Below are positions 51,052 through 61,283 of a stretch of DNA of 64,000 bases, piece after piece. The stretch spans positions 250,588 through 314,587 of the forward strand of contig JBOEGF010000013.1 of the NCBI GenBank assembly GCA_050633305.1. The letters are read 5' to 3'. Below the pieces are notes generated by a model. The model was not told where the DNA came from. It made no database searches and worked only from the letters and a program-made list of their open reading frames with translations. The DNA comes from Nannocystales bacterium (lineage in GTDB: Bacteria > Myxococcota_A > Polyangia > Nannocystales > Nannocystaceae). The stretch's first letter is position 1. The number at the start of each line of letters is the position of its first letter. Made by a program: the position numbers and the translations under genes.

Positions 51052-53181
51052 ATGCGTGTACAGGCTTCTTTGGTTCTGCTGTCCTCGCTGCTGGGGTGCG
51101 ACGCCGACTCCTTCGCGGGGCCCAACGACGACGTCGGAATCGACGACGTGGATGGCGACGTAGAACGGGCCGCTCGGGGCCTCAGGGGCGCATTTTCGAC
51201 CCAAACGCCCGTGCCCAGCTCAGCCCCGCCTACCCAGCGCTACATCGCGATGATGCCGGCTGATACGCAGTGCCCGGAGGTCCCCGACTGGAATCACCGT
51301 CCCCTGTTCCGGCTCACGACGTCCGCCGAAGCGGCATGGAACCAGTGGGGCGAGAGCGGGGGCGTGATGCCTCCGATCCTCGCCCGCTTCTGTGTCTACA
51401 CGACCCCGGTTCCCCTGGATTCGCCACCCGCAGTACCAGGGTCGGTCCGTGTCGACCCGGACCTCGCGGTCGTCGTGCCCCAGGCCGCGCCTCTCCCTCC
51501 CGTTCCTCAGGCGCGTGCCGATCTCTTCCTCGCCCAGTTGGGTGCGGCCCCCAGCGGCATCACCCCCTCGGGCTCCAATCCCTACGTCGGCGATCCAGAT
51601 GGCCTTCCGTATGTCGCGGTGGTGGACACCGCCGACTCAACATCCCCAGGAACGCCGACCGTCTACCCGAACCCCGCGAACTGGGCCCCTGCGCAGCGCC
51701 ACGGCCTCACGATGGCCGCGCTGATCGACGCCACACGCTGCCCATCGTCCGAGCCAAACTGTCTGGGCCGTCAATACCGAGCGCAGGCATTCCCATTCGA
51801 CTCCGCCCAAGCACAACCGGAGCCCGCGGTGCTCGGTGGGCAGTGGGCCAGTTTGGGTTCGTTGGCGTCGGCGCTTGGAGAGGCGCTGGCGCGGTGGCGC
51901 GCCCAACCCGACAACGCCACCGCACCGCTGACCCTCAACCTCAGCGTGGGATGGGATCCCGTCCACGGCACCATTCCGGCGAGCCACGAACTCCTCCTCG
52001 ACCCCTACAGCCCAGACCCGAGCGTCCCGGCGACCGTGCAAGCGGTCCACAGTGCGTTGGCCTGGGCTTCCTGTCAGGGCGTGATCACGGTGGCAGCCTC
52101 GGGCAACCGACGCGGAGCCGGTTGCTCGGAGAGCGGGCCTCTCGCACCAGCGAGTTGGGAGTCCCTCCCACCGGTCTCGGCATCGGTCTGCAGCTCGATC
52201 GCGGGTGCCTACGCCACCTATGCCGCCGTTCCTTCCCTGACCCACGGCGCAGGTGGGCTCGTCGACTCGAGCGGGCCGCTCAGCAACACCCGTCTGGCGA
52301 GCCTGCCCAACCGAGTCTTCTACGCGCACCAGGGCACCGTCCCTGTCGGGGGCGGATTCACCGAGGCGCTGACGGGGTCATCGCTCGCTGCGGCCGCGTT
52401 CTCTTCCCTCGTCGCGGTCGTTCAGAGCCATACCTCGCCCAGCAGCGAGACCTCGGTCATCGACACGATCGACAACCTGGGAACGCCGAGCAACATCGAC
52501 TCAGACTGGTTTCAGCAGGGGATCACCAACGCGAACCGGCTGCGGTTCGACCAGGTCTTCGCGGCGACCGTCGGCCCCTACAGCCCGTATCAGGCGCAAG
52601 GTGGCGACCGCCTCGACGATGCCATCGCCAACGAGATCTTCAGCCAGCCTCAGATGGCACCCAACCCGGACGAGCTCGAGCTTTCACCCGAACCATCGGC
52701 GTCCACGACCTGTGGTGCGGTCCTCGTCACCACCGCTCTGTCTCCGGACACCGACGTGCCCTCCGATACACAGTCCGAGACCGACGAGCTCCGTCCCCAA
52801 CCGCACGTCCCCATCTGCCCGACCTGTCCGGTACTGAACACCTCTCGGAACGTCGGGCCGACGGGGTCCGCCTCGCCCCTGTTCGCCCTCTACCTGCGGA
52901 TCGACTCCGCGTACGACCCCGCCCATATCACTCAGGCGAGCCTCACCTTCGAAGACCGTTCGAACTCGACCGGGCTGAACGTCACGTTCCCCGCCGGATA
53001 TGTGAACGCCCCGTTGACGGTCGTCGATCTCACGAAAGCCACATTTCCCAACGGCACGACCGTGAACGATTGGCTGACTGCGCACCCTCAAGCCAAGTCC
53101 GCGGCTCTCAGCTTCTCCCTCGACGACGGGTCGGGGACCGGAGCCCAACCCATCCGACAGGTCGTCGACATCATCCATTGA
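51052..53181 (+). CDS. Divergent subtilisin-like (S8) lipoprotein
   Basis: Lipobox LLGC; VAVVDT (Asp), HGLTMA (His), LNLSVG, VAASGN (oxyanion Asn), TGSSLAA (Ser). Alternative start at 51040. Confidence 0.78.
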   Translation: MRVQASLVLLSSLLGCDADSFAGPNDDVGIDDVDGDVERAARGLRGAFSTQTPVPSSAPPTQRYIAMMPADTQCPEVPDWNHRPLFRLTTSAEAAWNQWGESGGVMPPILARFCVYTTPVPLDSPPAVPGSVRVDPDLAVVVPQAAPLPPVPQARADLFLAQLGAAPSGITPSGSNPYVGDPDGLPYVAVVDTADSTSPGTPTVYPNPANWAPAQRHGLTMAALIDATRCPSSEPNCLGRQYRAQAFPFDSAQAQPEPAVLGGQWASLGSLASALGEALARWRAQPDNATAPLTLNLSVGWDPVHGTIPASHELLLDPYSPDPSVPATVQAVHSALAWASCQGVITVAASGNRRGAGCSESGPLAPASWESLPPVSASVCSSIAGAYATYAAVPSLTHGAGGLVDSSGPLSNTRLASLPNRVFYAHQGTVPVGGGFTEALTGSSLAAAAFSSLVAVVQSHTSPSSETSVIDTIDNLGTPSNIDSDWFQQGITNANRLRFDQVFAATVGPYSPYQAQGGDRLDDAIANEIFSQPQMAPNPDELELSPEPSASTTCGAVLVTTALSPDTDVPSDTQSETDELRPQPHVPICPTCPVLNTSRNVGPTGSASPLFALYLRIDSAYDPAHITQASLTFEDRSNSTGLNVTFPAGYVNAPLTVVDLTKATFPNGTTVNDWLTAHPQAKSAALSFSLDDGSGTGAQPIRQVVDIIH

Positions 53182-53194
53182 ACCAGGAGCGCCG

Positions 53195-53815
53195 ATGTCG
53201 ACGATGCTGAGCCCCCCCGTTGCGACGGTGACTCCCCTGGAGATCCGCCGTGCCTGTCACGGGGACCGCCGCGAACTCGCTCGACTGGTCGAGCACCTCT
53301 TGCCCGTCCTCACCGTGGAGGTGGGGGTGACCCTTCAACGCCGCGGACGACTCCAAGGCCGGGACGCCCGTCAAGACGTGGACGACTTCGTCCAGGACAT
53401 CCTCGTGCACCTGCTCTCGAATCAAGGGAAGGTCTTACTCCGGTGGGATCCAAGCCGCGGTCGTTCGCTACCCAGCTTCGTGCGACTCGTCGCCCGTCAC
53501 CGCATATCGCGGTCTCTGGAGGGGTTTCGTGGCAACCCTTGGAGCAGCCAACCCACCGACAACGACGGGCTCGACGCGGGCGACAGCAGCCCGTCGCGTC
53601 GCATTGAATCCCGGGTCCAACTCACCACCGTGCTCGACCGTATCCACAGCCAACTCAACGAACGCGGGGTTCGATTGTTCCACTTCTTGTACGTCGAGCA
53701 GCGCTCGATCGCCGAGGTTTGCGAACTCGAGGGCATGTCGCGTGCCGCACTCGACCAATGGAACGCACGCCTGCGAAAGACCGCGCGACGCCTGACCAAC
53801 GAGGAGGAGTCATGA
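53195..53815 (+). CDS. ECF-type RNA polymerase sigma factor
   Basis: DVDDFVQDI, WDPSRGRSLPSFVRLVA (region 2); SIAEVCELEGMSRAALDQWNARLR (region 4); AGGAG RBS. Confidence 0.88.
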   Translation: MSTMLSPPVATVTPLEIRRACHGDRRELARLVEHLLPVLTVEVGVTLQRRGRLQGRDARQDVDDFVQDILVHLLSNQGKVLLRWDPSRGRSLPSFVRLVARHRISRSLEGFRGNPWSSQPTDNDGLDAGDSSPSRRIESRVQLTTVLDRIHSQLNERGVRLFHFLYVEQRSIAEVCELEGMSRAALDQWNARLRKTARRLTNEEES

Positions 53816-54561
53816 ACGACGATAGCTTGCTCTTGCAACTTGGAGCGCTTCAGCGTGAGCGCGACGTGGACCAAAAAGACTGGGAGGCCGTGGTTCGCGG
53901 CGACGCGTCTGCTTCAAGACTCGTAGAGTCGCGGGTTGACGCGGGCGCAGACCGAGCGCAGGTCGAACAGCTCGCGTCGGTTTTTGAACCACCGGCAGAT
54001 ATCCAACGCTGGGTGGACCTCGGTCTCGAGGCGACGAAGCGTACGGCCGAGCCTTCGCGGAAGGAGCCCCGCACCTCGAACGTGATCTGGTTGACCGCCG
54101 CGGTCGCGACACTCGCGGCAGCCCTCGCGCTGCTGTGGCTGGTTCCAGCCCAGGTCGAGACCGACTCCGAGCTCCCCGCCTACACGGTCTTGGTGCGCAA
54201 CGAGACCGTGCGAACGCACCGCGGCGACGCAGCCACGCAGGGTTCATATCGTTCGAACAGCGACCTTCTGTGGGTCGTCCGGCCGAACCACGCAACCCCA
54301 CTTGCGCACCACGTCGCCCTCATCGCCCGAGCCGAGCATGCCCCGGCGCAACTCCTCTTCCCGCCAGAGGGCACCGCACACATCTCCGACGAAGGTGTCG
54401 TAGAGTTGCGCGGGCGCTTCGGTGATGTCGTGCCGCTCGAGCCGGGACGGTGGGAGGTTCAAGTGCTCGTCGGCCGCCGCCTCCCCACCGACATGTCTGA
54501 CTTCGAAAGCGGTGGCCCGTGGCAAATGACCGCCGCCATCGCGGTCGATGTGCTGCCCTGA
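53812..54561 (+). CDS. Putative single-pass membrane anti-sigma factor
   Basis: ATGA overlap with the sigma gene; cytoplasmic N-terminus of about 90 aa, one TM (VIWLTAAVATLAAALALLWLV), beta-rich C-terminal domain. Confidence 0.7.
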   Translation: MNDDSLLLQLGALQRERDVDQKDWEAVVRGDASASRLVESRVDAGADRAQVEQLASVFEPPADIQRWVDLGLEATKRTAEPSRKEPRTSNVIWLTAAVATLAAALALLWLVPAQVETDSELPAYTVLVRNETVRTHRGDAATQGSYRSNSDLLWVVRPNHATPLAHHVALIARAEHAPAQLLFPPEGTAHISDEGVVELRGRFGDVVPLEPGRWEVQVLVGRRLPTDMSDFESGGPWQMTAAIAVDVLP

Positions 54562-54617
54562 CCGGTTCTCCCGGCTCCCTTGAGGAGAACCGTCAGGGAC
54601 GCTAAGACAACCCCTCG

Positions 54618-55859
54618 GTGCGATTGTCTGCCTCGAGTGTACGGGCTGTCCTTCCCGGCGTCCTCGCGCTCGGCGTGTTCGCGACGTCAAGTGACGCCCT
54701 CGGCGGCAACTCGCAGCACCCGCGAACCCCGGTGGAATGGGACGATGTCACGTGCATGGAGTTCGTCGACCGCAGCGTCGAGCCGAACTACACCTTCGTC
54801 TACGGCATCCCGTTGGAGGATACGGACCTGACCCCCGAGGAGGTGGAGAACAGTCGGACCCACCAGTTCTTCGCGCTGTGCAGGCAGAGCTCTCCCCGGG
54901 AGTCTCTGCCCACCTGGATCACGACGGCCGATGTCGAACAAGCACTGCTCGCCTACGAGGAGTTTGCCACACCGCCCGATGGCGACATCTTCGAGCTCGC
55001 GACCGAGTGGGACGGCTGCTGGTACCGCATCAACGCGGATGCGGAGCGTCGTCCGATCACCGACGTCGCCGCGTCGCAGCCGGTCACGTGGGACACCTCG
55101 GCGGTGCCGGTCGGTGTCTACACTCTCGCGGGCTACACCTACGAGCCGGTCTTCAATGTCTGGGCGCCGCGAGTCGGCGGGGTCGTGCGTGTTCACGACG
55201 GCGGTGACCCGGCCGCAAATGGTCCGGCGGCGGCGATCACCACCAACGAGCAGACCCCCTGCGTTGGCGACTCCATCCTCCTCGAGGGATGCGTCGATGC
55301 TCTGCCCGGAACGACGATGACCGCCTCCTTCGCGGTCGACTCCGACACCACCGAGCCCACCTGGGTCCCCTTCGCGCAAGACGTTCCGATCGACGGCGAA
55401 GCCTTCTCCGTGAACTGGGTTACACCCCAGGAAACCAGCGGCGAGTCGGTGTTGCTCCGGGTCGACTTCATCGACCCCAACGGGGCGAGCTACACCGCGT
55501 ACCAGTACGAGCCCAACATCGTGCTCCCCGCCGAGTCTGCGGGATGCGCACCCGGGCCCAGCGGGTGCGAAGGCGGGTTCGTCATGGACCCCGCATGCGA
55601 GACAACGGGTGCCGGCTCGACTTCCGATTCCGGCGAGACCGATCGTGGGATCGGCACCGCGGGTGGGGCTGAAGATGGCCCCACAGACGAAGGGTGCGGA
55701 TGCCGCTCCCCGGAGACGCTCCCGGGAAGCGGCGGAGTTCTCGGACTTCTCGGCCTTCTTGCCCTTCGGCGACGCCGCTCTCCCATACAATGTTCTCGCG
55801 CATCCGTTCGTGGGCATGCGCCGCGCGGTGAGCGTGTGGTGAACCGTGCTACATTGTAG
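54618..55859 (+). CDS. Secreted protein with MYXO-CTERM sorting tail
   Basis: Signal peptide; GCGCRS...GLLGLLALRRRR. Confidence 0.82.
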   Translation: MRLSASSVRAVLPGVLALGVFATSSDALGGNSQHPRTPVEWDDVTCMEFVDRSVEPNYTFVYGIPLEDTDLTPEEVENSRTHQFFALCRQSSPRESLPTWITTADVEQALLAYEEFATPPDGDIFELATEWDGCWYRINADAERRPITDVAASQPVTWDTSAVPVGVYTLAGYTYEPVFNVWAPRVGGVVRVHDGGDPAANGPAAAITTNEQTPCVGDSILLEGCVDALPGTTMTASFAVDSDTTEPTWVPFAQDVPIDGEAFSVNWVTPQETSGESVLLRVDFIDPNGASYTAYQYEPNIVLPAESAGCAPGPSGCEGGFVMDPACETTGAGSTSDSGETDRGIGTAGGAEDGPTDEGCGCRSPETLPGSGGVLGLLGLLALRRRRSPIQCSRASVRGHAPRGERVVNRATL

Positions 55860-55895
55860 TTTCGGCACCGCTTTGAGGCGGGGGGGAGCTTTTCT

Positions 55896-57719
55896 ATGAA
55901 ATCGGTACGTCGCATCGGGTCCATCTTCGCTTCGCTCCTGCTCGCAGCCAGCTGTGGTGAGCCGGGGTCCGAAGTCTCCGATGATGGCGCCGGCTCGGCC
56001 GGCGGCAAGGCGGACGACGCCGACGGAGACTCCGAGCCCCTCCCCGGCGAGGGCGACGACTGCGACGACTACGACGAGCTCTGCAACGACGGCCTCTACT
56101 GTCACGAGGGGGCCTGCACCGCATTCGAGCCGGCGCGCGAGCCCTGGATCACCGGCGAGTTCACGGCACCGAGCTACTTCACCGCGGACGGACGAGACGA
56201 CATCAGCGGGCACAACGGGATCTTCGGCATGCACGTGGGGTTGCTGCCCTCGGGTCGCGTCCTGTTGTTCGCCGGTCGCGGCTTCTCCAGCTCCAACTAT
56301 CCCATGGTCTCGATCACTTGGGACCCGGTGACCGAGAAGTTCGAGCGCCAGTCCTACGACGACGACGTCTTCTGCGCCCACCACACCTTCCTGCCCAACG
56401 GCGATTTCCTGGTCGCAGGCGGTGGATTCCTGCCGAACTCCGTCCTCAAGCACCGCGCAACCTGGCGCTTCGACTCCCGCAACGAGACGTGGACCCAAGT
56501 CGACAGCATGGAGGAGCGGCGCTGGTACCCCTCCGTGCTCACCCTGCCCGATGGCAGGGCACTGGTCGTCTCCGGCACATCCGGCACCGACCCGCTCGAA
56601 GTCTTCGACCCCGACACCAACCGGTGGACCACACTCGAGGGCAGCGAGAAAGCCTTTCCCGAACGCTACCCGGCGATGCGAGTTCTACCCAACGGCCGTA
56701 TCTACAGCCCGCGGATCGGCTGGGACCACGGCGACGAGGCCGTACTCCTCACCTTGGACGGCAACGACGTCGCCGCTTGGCAAGACGCCGAAGGACCCAA
56801 CGCCTTCCACGAGAACGGCGATGTGACCTTCCATGTCGACGACACCGTGCAACCTGCTCAGGCCATCATGCGTGCCTATGCCGGCGGCATCGTCGATGCC
56901 CGCGGTCTCGATTCAGCCTGTGGGTCCGACCATCCCGATCCCGACTGCGACGTTGGCGACGCACCCGAGAACAACCTCGTCGAGCAGGTCGACCTCACCC
57001 GTGCTGGCGACGAGCCCCTACGTTGGGAGCCGCTCGCATCGATGGAGCATTCGCGGGCCAACGTCAGCGTCGTCATGCTGCCCGACGGCAAGGCGTGGGC
57101 GGTTGGCGGCCAAACCGGCGGCCAATGGAACGACCAAGAACTGGACGGCGACCAGGACGACGACTTCGTCATCGACTACATCTACGAGACCGAGATGTAC
57201 GACCCCGCCACCAACCGCTGGTCCGGCACCAAGGCCCTCATGCATCCCAGGCAGTACCACCACACCGCCACGCTGCTCCCCGACGGGCGCGTCTTGGTGA
57301 CCGGTGGTCAGGATCCCACCCGGGCCGGAAAGCTCCTGGGCGGAAGAGAACGGGACATTCGCAGCTACGAGATCTACAGCCCGCCGTACCTGTTCGACAG
57401 CGATGGCTCGCAGCGCGATCGGCCGAGCATTCCCCGTGAAGCAACCGCAGCGAAGTATGGCGAGACCTTTGAACTCCCAGTCGTGCTTGCGGACGGCCAG
57501 CAGATCACCAGTGTCGTGATGATCAGCCCGAACTCGGAGACCCATCACACGGGCACCGGGCGATCGATCGCGTTGAGCTTCGAACAAGCGGGGGATGCAG
57601 CGCTGTCCGTGACCGCTCCCTCGACCAGCACCGTCGCCCCTCCCGGGTTCTACATGCTGTTCGTTGTCGACGCTGCGGGAACCCCCTCGGTCGCAAAGTT
57701 CGTCCAGGTCACCGAGTAG
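55896..57719 (+). CDS. Galactose/glyoxal oxidase-like copper radical oxidase (Kelch + DUF1929), lipoprotein
   Basis: Lipobox AASC, GGKADD; VFCAHH, RRWYPS, RQYHHTATLLPDGRV, EIYSPPYLF, ETHH, APPGFYMLF. Confidence 0.92.
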   Translation: MKSVRRIGSIFASLLLAASCGEPGSEVSDDGAGSAGGKADDADGDSEPLPGEGDDCDDYDELCNDGLYCHEGACTAFEPAREPWITGEFTAPSYFTADGRDDISGHNGIFGMHVGLLPSGRVLLFAGRGFSSSNYPMVSITWDPVTEKFERQSYDDDVFCAHHTFLPNGDFLVAGGGFLPNSVLKHRATWRFDSRNETWTQVDSMEERRWYPSVLTLPDGRALVVSGTSGTDPLEVFDPDTNRWTTLEGSEKAFPERYPAMRVLPNGRIYSPRIGWDHGDEAVLLTLDGNDVAAWQDAEGPNAFHENGDVTFHVDDTVQPAQAIMRAYAGGIVDARGLDSACGSDHPDPDCDVGDAPENNLVEQVDLTRAGDEPLRWEPLASMEHSRANVSVVMLPDGKAWAVGGQTGGQWNDQELDGDQDDDFVIDYIYETEMYDPATNRWSGTKALMHPRQYHHTATLLPDGRVLVTGGQDPTRAGKLLGGRERDIRSYEIYSPPYLFDSDGSQRDRPSIPREATAAKYGETFELPVVLADGQQITSVVMISPNSETHHTGTGRSIALSFEQAGDAALSVTAPSTSTVAPPGFYMLFVVDAAGTPSVAKFVQVTE

Positions 57720-57755
57720 GGCGGGCTGGGTCGTCCTGACGAGCCCGAAGAGCCC

Positions 57756-58475
57756 CTATGCCAGGCTTTGTCGGGCTTGGCTTGCGTATGGGTCGTCCGG
57801 GTATCCTTCGACCCACGCCAGCCGGGTTCGACCGGCCACCGCATGCTGCCCTGCGCGTTCTTGGATCTGCGAGACGTCCCACATCGCGCGCGGGATGAGT
57901 GGGCTGCGGGGATGGACCCGCATCAGTTCCCGAACCACATCGACAGCGAGTGCGTTGTCGCCGGTCCGAGCCGCGGCCTGAGAGACGAGCAACAGCGCTC
58001 GATCGGAGGGGCAGAAGTCTTGCCGGCCCCGAACACGGGCGAACGTTTGGATTCGTCGCCGGTCCTGGCCTCCTCGCACCTCGTCCTGCACGTGGAAGTC
58101 GAACTCCCTGTGCAGTGCGGGCGAGACCGGCTGGTCGAGAAACCAATCGACGAGCTGGGCGTGCGCACTCAGGTCGGAAGGAGCCTCGGCCACCGCAAGA
58201 CGCATCCGACTCACCGCGAGGTCTGGCGCGGCCCCGAGAACCGCGATGGCCTCCCCCACCGACTTGCTCTGTCGAAACACGATCTCGTCCCCGTGTTCGG
58301 ACAGTTTTTTGTCGAACCGGTCTCGACCAGGATGCCCGCGACCGCGACTCCGAACGCGAAGCCCCCGACATGGGCCGAGTATGCAACCCCGCCGCCATTC
58401 TGTTCGCCGAGCATCGAGACCAAATCGACCAGGAAATACATGAGTAGGGCGAACGTAGGCATCGATGAGTCCATC
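57756..58475 (-). pseudogene. Truncated, frameshifted rhomboid protease with C-terminal TPR-like domain
   Basis: GGVAYSAHVGGFAFG (rhomboid His helix), 1-nt shift near 58318 into FDKKLSEHGDEIVFRQ...HPRSPLIPRAMW...YPDDPYA. N-terminal TMs are absent. Upper boundary approximate. Confidence 0.72.
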
Positions 58476-58582
58476 GGTCCGGTCCTCCGTTCCGGTCGCC
58501 GTGGCCGCGCATCGAATCTCTGGTTGAGGCCGGCCGTGAAGGCGTGCACTCTTCGGCGGCCGACTCCCCCGGACGCACCACT

Positions 58583-59041
58583 GTGAAGATCCGATCTATC
58601 CCGCTTCTTGGCCTCACGTTGATGCCGTTCCTCGCCTTCGTCTCTCCAGCTTGTGACGAGGAGAGCGATTGTCCTGCGGGACACGAAGGCTGCCTGTGCA
58701 CCGAGGAGTTCTCGTGTCTTGAAGGGCTGGAGTGTCTGTCGGAGTACTGCGTCTCTCCCAGCGCCAGTGGCGGGGACTCGAACGACGGAGGCACAGACGC
58801 GGACGGAGACGGAGACGGAGACGGCGGCTCGTCGAACAACGTCCAGGCCTGCGAGGCATTCGTAGATAGCCTCGACTGCGGCCTGCCCCAGGGGGCCCTC
58901 GACTGTTCGAGCTACGCCGGTCTCAACTGCGACCTCACCGACTACCTGGACTGCTTGGCCGACAACAGCACGTGCACCAACGGCATGCTCGATGCCACAG
59001 GTTGGGTCGATTGCGTCTCCCTCAGCGAGAGTTGCGTATGA
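58583..59041 (+). CDS. Small Cys-rich lipoprotein
   Basis: Lipobox SPAC; CPAGHEGCLC...CLEGLECLSEYCV; DGDGDGDG linker. Confidence 0.8.
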   Translation: MKIRSIPLLGLTLMPFLAFVSPACDEESDCPAGHEGCLCTEEFSCLEGLECLSEYCVSPSASGGDSNDGGTDADGDGDGDGGSSNNVQACEAFVDSLDCGLPQGALDCSSYAGLNCDLTDYLDCLADNSTCTNGMLDATGWVDCVSLSESCV

Positions 59042-60396
59042 ACCTCCAGAGTCTCCCCATGCCCGCACGCCTGCGCCCAGGGTTTCCGCTCCTGTGCCTC
59101 CTCGTCGCCTGTGGCGCGCCTGCCGAAGGCACACCAGGTGAGGAGACCTCGCCCTGCAACGGCGGCGCGTGCCTCGAAGGGCTGCAGTGCCGCTCGGATC
59201 TCTGCGTTGACCCGGACTGGCAGCCGACGGACGGCGCAGAAACCTCGCCCTCGGGCTCTGGGGAGGAGACAACCGGGTCCCCCCAACCAGCGCAGCCCAG
59301 CGACCAAGTCGACATTCTGTTCGTCGTCGACAACTCGGGAAGCATGGGTGACGAGCAGGCAAAGCTCTCGGAGAACATCGGTGGACTCATCACCCCGTTG
59401 GTCGACGGCGGACTCGACATCCGAGTGGCGGTCACGACCACCGACGACTCAAACTACTGGTGCCGCGGGGCAGGCGTCAGCAACCCCGAGTCCGGCCAGT
59501 TCGTGTACTCCAGCTGCCGAAGTCGCCTCGGCGATTTCTACTTCTCGGGAGACGACACCGATGCGGAGGCGGCGTGCACCGACTTCTGCGACCCCGACAC
59601 GGGTACGAACGGCGCCAATCCTTGGCTCGACGTGAGCGACGGCCCCAGCGCGACGCAGACCCTGCGATGTGTTCTCCCCCAGGGCGTCAACGGCTGCGGG
59701 TTCGAGTCAACGCTCGAGTCTGGACGCAAGGCCCTCGCGCTGGCGGGCGGCGACGGGCAGGACGAGTCTGGGTTTGTCCGCGACGGGGCACATTTGGCGG
59801 TTGTCTTCGTCACCGACGAGGCCGACTGCTCGTTCAACCCCTCCCACCAAGCCACGGTGTTCGGCGAAGAAGGCGTGGGTAACCAGGAGTTCTGGTCTCT
59901 GCCCGACGTACAGCAGAGCCCGACCTCGGCCGTCTGTTGGAACGCGGGTGTGGACTGCGACTTCTCGCAGGCCAGCGACCAATGTGTCTCTGCCGACAAG
60001 GACGTCGACGGCAACGCCACGGCCAGCGCCGACCAAGCTGTGCTTCACCCCGTCGCCCGGTTCCGCGGTCAACTCGAGGCACTTCGTCAGGACAAGCTAT
60101 CCTCGGGAGCAGAAGTCTTCGTGTTCGGACTCGTCGGCGTCCCCGAGAACTATGGTGGCGTCATGACGTACGCCGAGGGCCCCGACGGCACCAGCCCCGA
60201 CTCCTTCCAGGCCAAGTTCGGCATCGGGCAAGGCTGTAGCTCAATGGTGGCCGAGGCCGTCCCGCCCGTCCGCATCCGGGAGCTCGCCGAGGGCTCCGCC
60301 TGGGGCGACAATGGCAAGCTCTACTCCGTCTGCGCCGCCGACTACGGGCCGGCGCTCGGCGACATGGCGTCGACGATCATCGACTACACACCGTAG
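59038..60396 (+). CDS. Myxobacterial vWA-domain lipoprotein
   Basis: Lipobox LVAC; VDILFVVDNSGSM (MIDAS), GCGFE, FVTDEADCS, YSVCAADY; ATGA overlap. Confidence 0.9.
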   Translation: MNLQSLPMPARLRPGFPLLCLLVACGAPAEGTPGEETSPCNGGACLEGLQCRSDLCVDPDWQPTDGAETSPSGSGEETTGSPQPAQPSDQVDILFVVDNSGSMGDEQAKLSENIGGLITPLVDGGLDIRVAVTTTDDSNYWCRGAGVSNPESGQFVYSSCRSRLGDFYFSGDDTDAEAACTDFCDPDTGTNGANPWLDVSDGPSATQTLRCVLPQGVNGCGFESTLESGRKALALAGGDGQDESGFVRDGAHLAVVFVTDEADCSFNPSHQATVFGEEGVGNQEFWSLPDVQQSPTSAVCWNAGVDCDFSQASDQCVSADKDVDGNATASADQAVLHPVARFRGQLEALRQDKLSSGAEVFVFGLVGVPENYGGVMTYAEGPDGTSPDSFQAKFGIGQGCSSMVAEAVPPVRIRELAEGSAWGDNGKLYSVCAADYGPALGDMASTIIDYTP

Positions 60397-60552
60397 CGTC
60401 CACGAGGTCGAGTCCGTCTATCCTAGGCACGACCGCCCGACCGACCCGGCGGCGGGCGAACCTCGTCTCGTGCACGGTGCGCCCCGACCGCCGACCAAGT
60501 CCTTCGGCTCACCTTCGGGTGGCGCGAGCCGTGCTCGGGGTACGCACTGCGG

Positions 60553-61135
60553 TTAGAAGCAGAAGTCCTCCGACCCAGGGCGGATCTCAGCGGAGCTCAC
60601 GACGTCGGCGAAATCGACGCTCGCCACCGTATTGCCCTCGGGGTCGAGAAGGTCGATGTGGACCGCTGCGACGGCTCCATCGAGCACGGAGAGGTCCTCC
60701 AGGTACTCGTCGGGAGGGAAGACCGCAATGCAATCGTGGTTGAAACCGCCGTCGAACGTTTCTCCCCCTGACGAGCCCTCGACGTCATAGGGGTACATCG
60801 GGTTGAGATGAAACTGTCCGCCGGGGCCCGAGAACCCTTCCACCTGGATGTCCACGGCGAAGTTGACCATTCCTTGGGCCGGGGTGAACTCGCCCATGGA
60901 GGGAAAGATCGGAAACATCCAGCTGCCCTGCCCGCCGCACGTGATCGGCCACGTACTTCCGCTGGCCATCGGTGTCTCCATTGCAGACTCACTGTAGACC
61001 TCCAGGAACGGACGCGTCGCTTGCTCGTCCCAGCCGTTGCAGAAGTACGAATCGTCGCCCGTCGTGCCACTCGACGTCGACTGCCGCAGGTGGGCGCAGG
61101 CTCGTCCGCCTGCTCTGGTTCAGCCCCGTCACAGA
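60553..61135 (-). pseudogene. Hypothetical secreted protein with frameshifted or lost N-terminus
   Basis: The frame of ORF 60553-60981 extends upstream as STSSGTTGDDSYFCNGWDEQ. CDGAEPEQADEPAPTCG lies in another frame before about 61085. No intact signal peptide found. Upper boundary approximate. Confidence 0.5.
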
Positions 61136-61283
61136 GACTTCGGGTGTGGCCGCTCGGGACCACACCCGCGACGGATAGGTCGGCGCGGCCGCCAAAGGCT
61201 CAACGACCCGAGGAACCGTCGAGCCCCTTTCGCCCCCGGAATCACGCGACTGCCTCCAGGCTGGTGCTCCCCCGGCGTCGGGA

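Noticed and set aside
51270..53210. 646-aa alternative-frame ORF over the S8 gene
   Set aside because: Arg/Pro-rich off-frame reading; the S8 frame carries the motifs.
48281..54561. Type III-E CRISPR-associated protease (Csx29/Csx30) system
   Set aside because: No Cas7-11 or array in the window; the resemblance is only the CHAT-plus-sigma logic.
58802..58825. (GACGGA)n hexamer run
   Set aside because: Short Asp-Gly linker common in these lipoproteins.
58211..59362. 383-aa minus-strand ORF as an intact rhomboid
   Set aside because: Only the last part is rhomboid-like; the rest is antisense to two lipoprotein genes.
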